From a phage: a DNA stretch of 687 bases. The notes beneath the pieces are model-generated. The model was given only the letters and a program-made list of their open reading frames with translations, was not told where the DNA came from and searched no databases. A program made the position numbers and the translations under genes. Below, piece after piece: positions 1-687 of this stretch. The stretch is taken from the sequence record AB218932.1. One strand, given 5' to 3'. Within the stretch, counting starts at the first letter, position 1. Every line of letters starts with the position of its first letter.

Positions 1-53
1 TCGGTCCCGGGGGCGCGCCGTTAGCATTAATCAGGCAACGGCTCTCTAGATAG
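1..53 (+). CDS. mat: Maturation (A / assembly) protein, C-terminal fragment (5' truncated by window edge). Codons in phase with position 3, reading ...GPGGAPLALIRQRLSR, with TAG stop at 51-53.
   Basis: Frame starting at position 3 is open to TAG at 51-53. That leaves a 23-nt gap to the coat ATG at 77, matching the recalled MS2 A-protein end / coat start spacing (reference nt 1311 and 1335). The frame starting at position 2 is also open (TAG at 47-49), so frame choice rests on the recalled MS2 layout, not on sequence alone. Confidence 0.7.
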   Translation, partial: GPGGAPLALIRQRLSR

Positions 54-63
54 AGCCCTCAAC

Positions 64-89
64 CGGAGTTTGAAGCATGGCTTCTAACT
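64..89 (+). promoter_or_regulatory. Coat gene translation initiation region: Shine-Dalgarno-like GGAG at 64-67 and a small hairpin presenting the start codon in its loop (gaagc 72-76 / ATG 77-79 / gcttc 80-84, with possible extension agtt 67-70 / aact 86-89).
   Basis: Directly visible: GGAG nine nt upstream of the ATG; gaagc and gcttc are exact reverse complements flanking the ATG. Consistent with the known coat initiator hairpin of MS2-like phages. Confidence 0.7.
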
Positions 90-469
90 TTACTCAGTTC
101 GTTCTCGTCGACAATGGCGGAACTGGCGACGTGACTGTCGCCCCAAGCAACTTCGCTAACGGGGTCGCTGAATGGATCAGCTCTAACTCGCGTTCACAGG
201 CTTACAAAGTAACCTGTAGCGTTCGTCAGAGCTCTGCGCAGAATCGCAAATACACCATCAAAGTCGAGGTGCCTAAAGTGGCAACCCAGACTGTTGGTGG
301 TGTAGAGCTTCCTGTAGCCGCATGGCGTTCGTACTTAAATATGGAACTAACCATTCCAATTTTCGCTACGAATTCCGACTGCGAGCTTATTGTTAAGGCA
401 ATGCAAGGTCCCCTAAAAGATGGAAACCCGATTCCCTCAGCAATCGCAGCAAACTCCGGCATCTACTAA
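77..469 (+). CDS. cp: Coat (capsid) protein, complete, 130 codons including Met; MS2-type sequence. Ends in tandem stops TAA (467-469) and TAG (470-472).
   Basis: ORF 77..469 translates to MASNFTQFVLVDNGGTGDVTVAPSNFANGVAEWISSNSRSQAYKVTCSVRQSSAQNRKYTIKVEVPKVATQTVGGVELPVAAWRSYLNMELTIPIFATNSDCELIVKAMQG[P]LKDGNPIPSAIAANSGIY. From memory this matches the MS2 coat protein at every position except codon 112 (Pro here, Leu in the sequence I recall). Confidence 0.97.
   Translation: MASNFTQFVLVDNGGTGDVTVAPSNFANGVAEWISSNSRSQAYKVTCSVRQSSAQNRKYTIKVEVPKVATQTVGGVELPVAAWRSYLNMELTIPIFATNSDCELIVKAMQGPLKDGNPIPSAIAANSGIY
169..175 (+). promoter_or_regulatory. Upstream partner of the Min Jou long-range RNA interaction (tgaatgg, inside coat codons 31-33), exactly complementary to 480-486.
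   Basis: tgaatgg at 169-175 is the exact reverse complement of ccattca at 480-486. The positions map to recalled MS2 nt 1427-1433 and 1738-1744, the documented pair that keeps the replicase start closed until ribosomes traverse the early coat gene. Confidence 0.85.
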
Positions 470-647
470 TAGACGCCGGCCATTCAAACATGAGGATTAC
501 CCATGTCGAAGACAACAAAGAAGTTCAACTCTTTATGTATTGATCTTCCTCGCGATCTTTCTCTCGAAATTTACCAATCAATTGCTTCTGTCGCTACTGG
601 AAGCGGTGATCCGCACAGTGACGACTTTACAGCAATTGCTTACTTAA
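420..647 (+). CDS. lys: Lysis protein L, complete, 75 aa. It lies in the +1 frame relative to coat and overlaps the coat 3' end (420-469) and the replicase 5' end (503-647).
   Basis: ORF 420..647 translates to METRFPQQSQQTPASTNRRRPFKHEDYPCRRQQRSSTLYVLIFLAIFLSKFTNQLLLSLLEAVIRTVTTLQQLLT, matching my recollection of MS2 L. It has a basic N-terminal half and a hydrophobic C-terminal half, with the Leu-Ser dipeptide at codons 48-49 (561-566). TAA stop at 645-647. Confidence 0.95.
   Translation: METRFPQQSQQTPASTNRRRPFKHEDYPCRRQQRSSTLYVLIFLAIFLSKFTNQLLLSLLEAVIRTVTTLQQLLT
480..486 (+). promoter_or_regulatory. Downstream partner of the Min Jou long-range interaction (ccattca), immediately 5' of the replicase operator hairpin.
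   Basis: Exact 7-nt reverse complement of 169-175; lies 17-23 nt upstream of the replicase ATG. Confidence 0.85.
488..506 (+). promoter_or_regulatory. Translational operator (TR) hairpin: coat-protein binding site that represses replicase translation and acts as a packaging signal. It contains the replicase Shine-Dalgarno (GAGGA, 492-496) and start codon (503-505).
   Basis: Sequence acatgaggattacccatgt is the canonical 19-nt MS2 operator. Predicted pairs: 488-506, 489-505, 490-504, 491-503, 492-502, bulged A at 493 (the -10 position), 494-501, 495-500, and a 4-nt loop ATTA at 496-499 (-7 to -4). Confidence 0.95.
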
Positions 648-687
648 GGGACGAATTGCTCACAAAGCATCCGACCTTAGGTTCTGG
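503..687 (+). CDS. rep: RNA-directed RNA polymerase (replicase beta subunit), N-terminal fragment of 61 codons; 3' truncated by the window edge.
   Basis: ATG at 503 sits in the operator hairpin; the open frame to the window end translates to MSKTTKKFNSLCIDLPRDLSLEIYQSIASVATGSGDPHSDDFTAIAYLRDELLTKHPTLGSG, matching my recollection of the MS2 replicase N-terminus. It is absent from the supplied ORF track, presumably because it has no stop codon inside the window. Confidence 0.95.
   Translation, partial: MSKTTKKFNSLCIDLPRDLSLEIYQSIASVATGSGDPHSDDFTAIAYLRDELLTKHPTLGS

Noticed and set aside
2-49. Alternative open frame at the 5' edge (phase starting at position 2, TAG stop at 47-49) as the end of the upstream gene
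   Set aside because: Both this frame and the one starting at position 3 are open from the window edge. I chose the frame ending at 51-53 because it reproduces the 23-nt maturation-to-coat spacing I recall for MS2. This cannot be settled from the window alone.
226-462. 78-aa ORF on the minus strand (from the supplied ORF track)
   Set aside because: The window is the sense strand of a positive-strand RNA phage whose minus strand is only a replication intermediate and is not known to be translated. The ORF lies entirely antisense to the coat gene, a common source of chance open frames, and its product has no recognisable features. Treated as spurious.
45-480. Palindromic hexamers (TCTAGA 45-50, GTCGAC 105-110, GAATTC 370-375, GCCGGC 475-480) as signs of engineering or protein-binding sites
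   Set aside because: Short palindromes at this density are expected by chance, and they sit in positions that code normally; they do not indicate a synthetic junction or regulatory site on their own. GCCGGC is instead considered as part of a possible RNA helix in the findings.
1-687. A novel or undescribed system (defence island, toxin-antitoxin, mobile element, CRISPR, new small RNA)
   Set aside because: All 687 nt are accounted for by four known phage genes and their known RNA regulatory structures. There are no repeats, arrays, unexplained ORFs or unexplained intergenic space. Claiming novelty would be unsupported.

Overview
This window is essentially fully explained as a DNA-form (cDNA) copy of the central part of the genome of ssRNA coliphage MS2 (Emesvirus zinderi, family Fiersviridae, formerly Leviviridae), or a near-identical relative such as R17/f2/M12. 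By my recollection of the MS2 reference it corresponds to about genome nt 1259-1945; that mapping is from memory, not a database search. On the + strand, which is the genomic sense strand, it contains: the last 17 codons of the maturation (A) protein; a 23-nt intergenic region with the coat ribosome-binding hairpin; the complete coat protein gene; the complete lysis (L) gene embedded in the +1 frame across the coat/replicase junction; the translational-operator (TR) hairpin; and the first 61 codons of the replicase. The two halves of the long-range Min Jou interaction are both present and exactly complementary. I see no evidence of a new or undescribed biological system: every base lies in a known gene or known RNA regulatory element of this phage. 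The one thing that departs from what I remember of the reference is a single T-to-C difference in the coat gene (CTC to CCC, Leu to Pro at codon 112 counting the initiator Met). It needs checking against real reference sequences. Because this is an RNA phage with no DNA stage, its presence in a DNA window implies a cDNA clone, a reference entry or spike-in/contaminant origin rather than a prophage.
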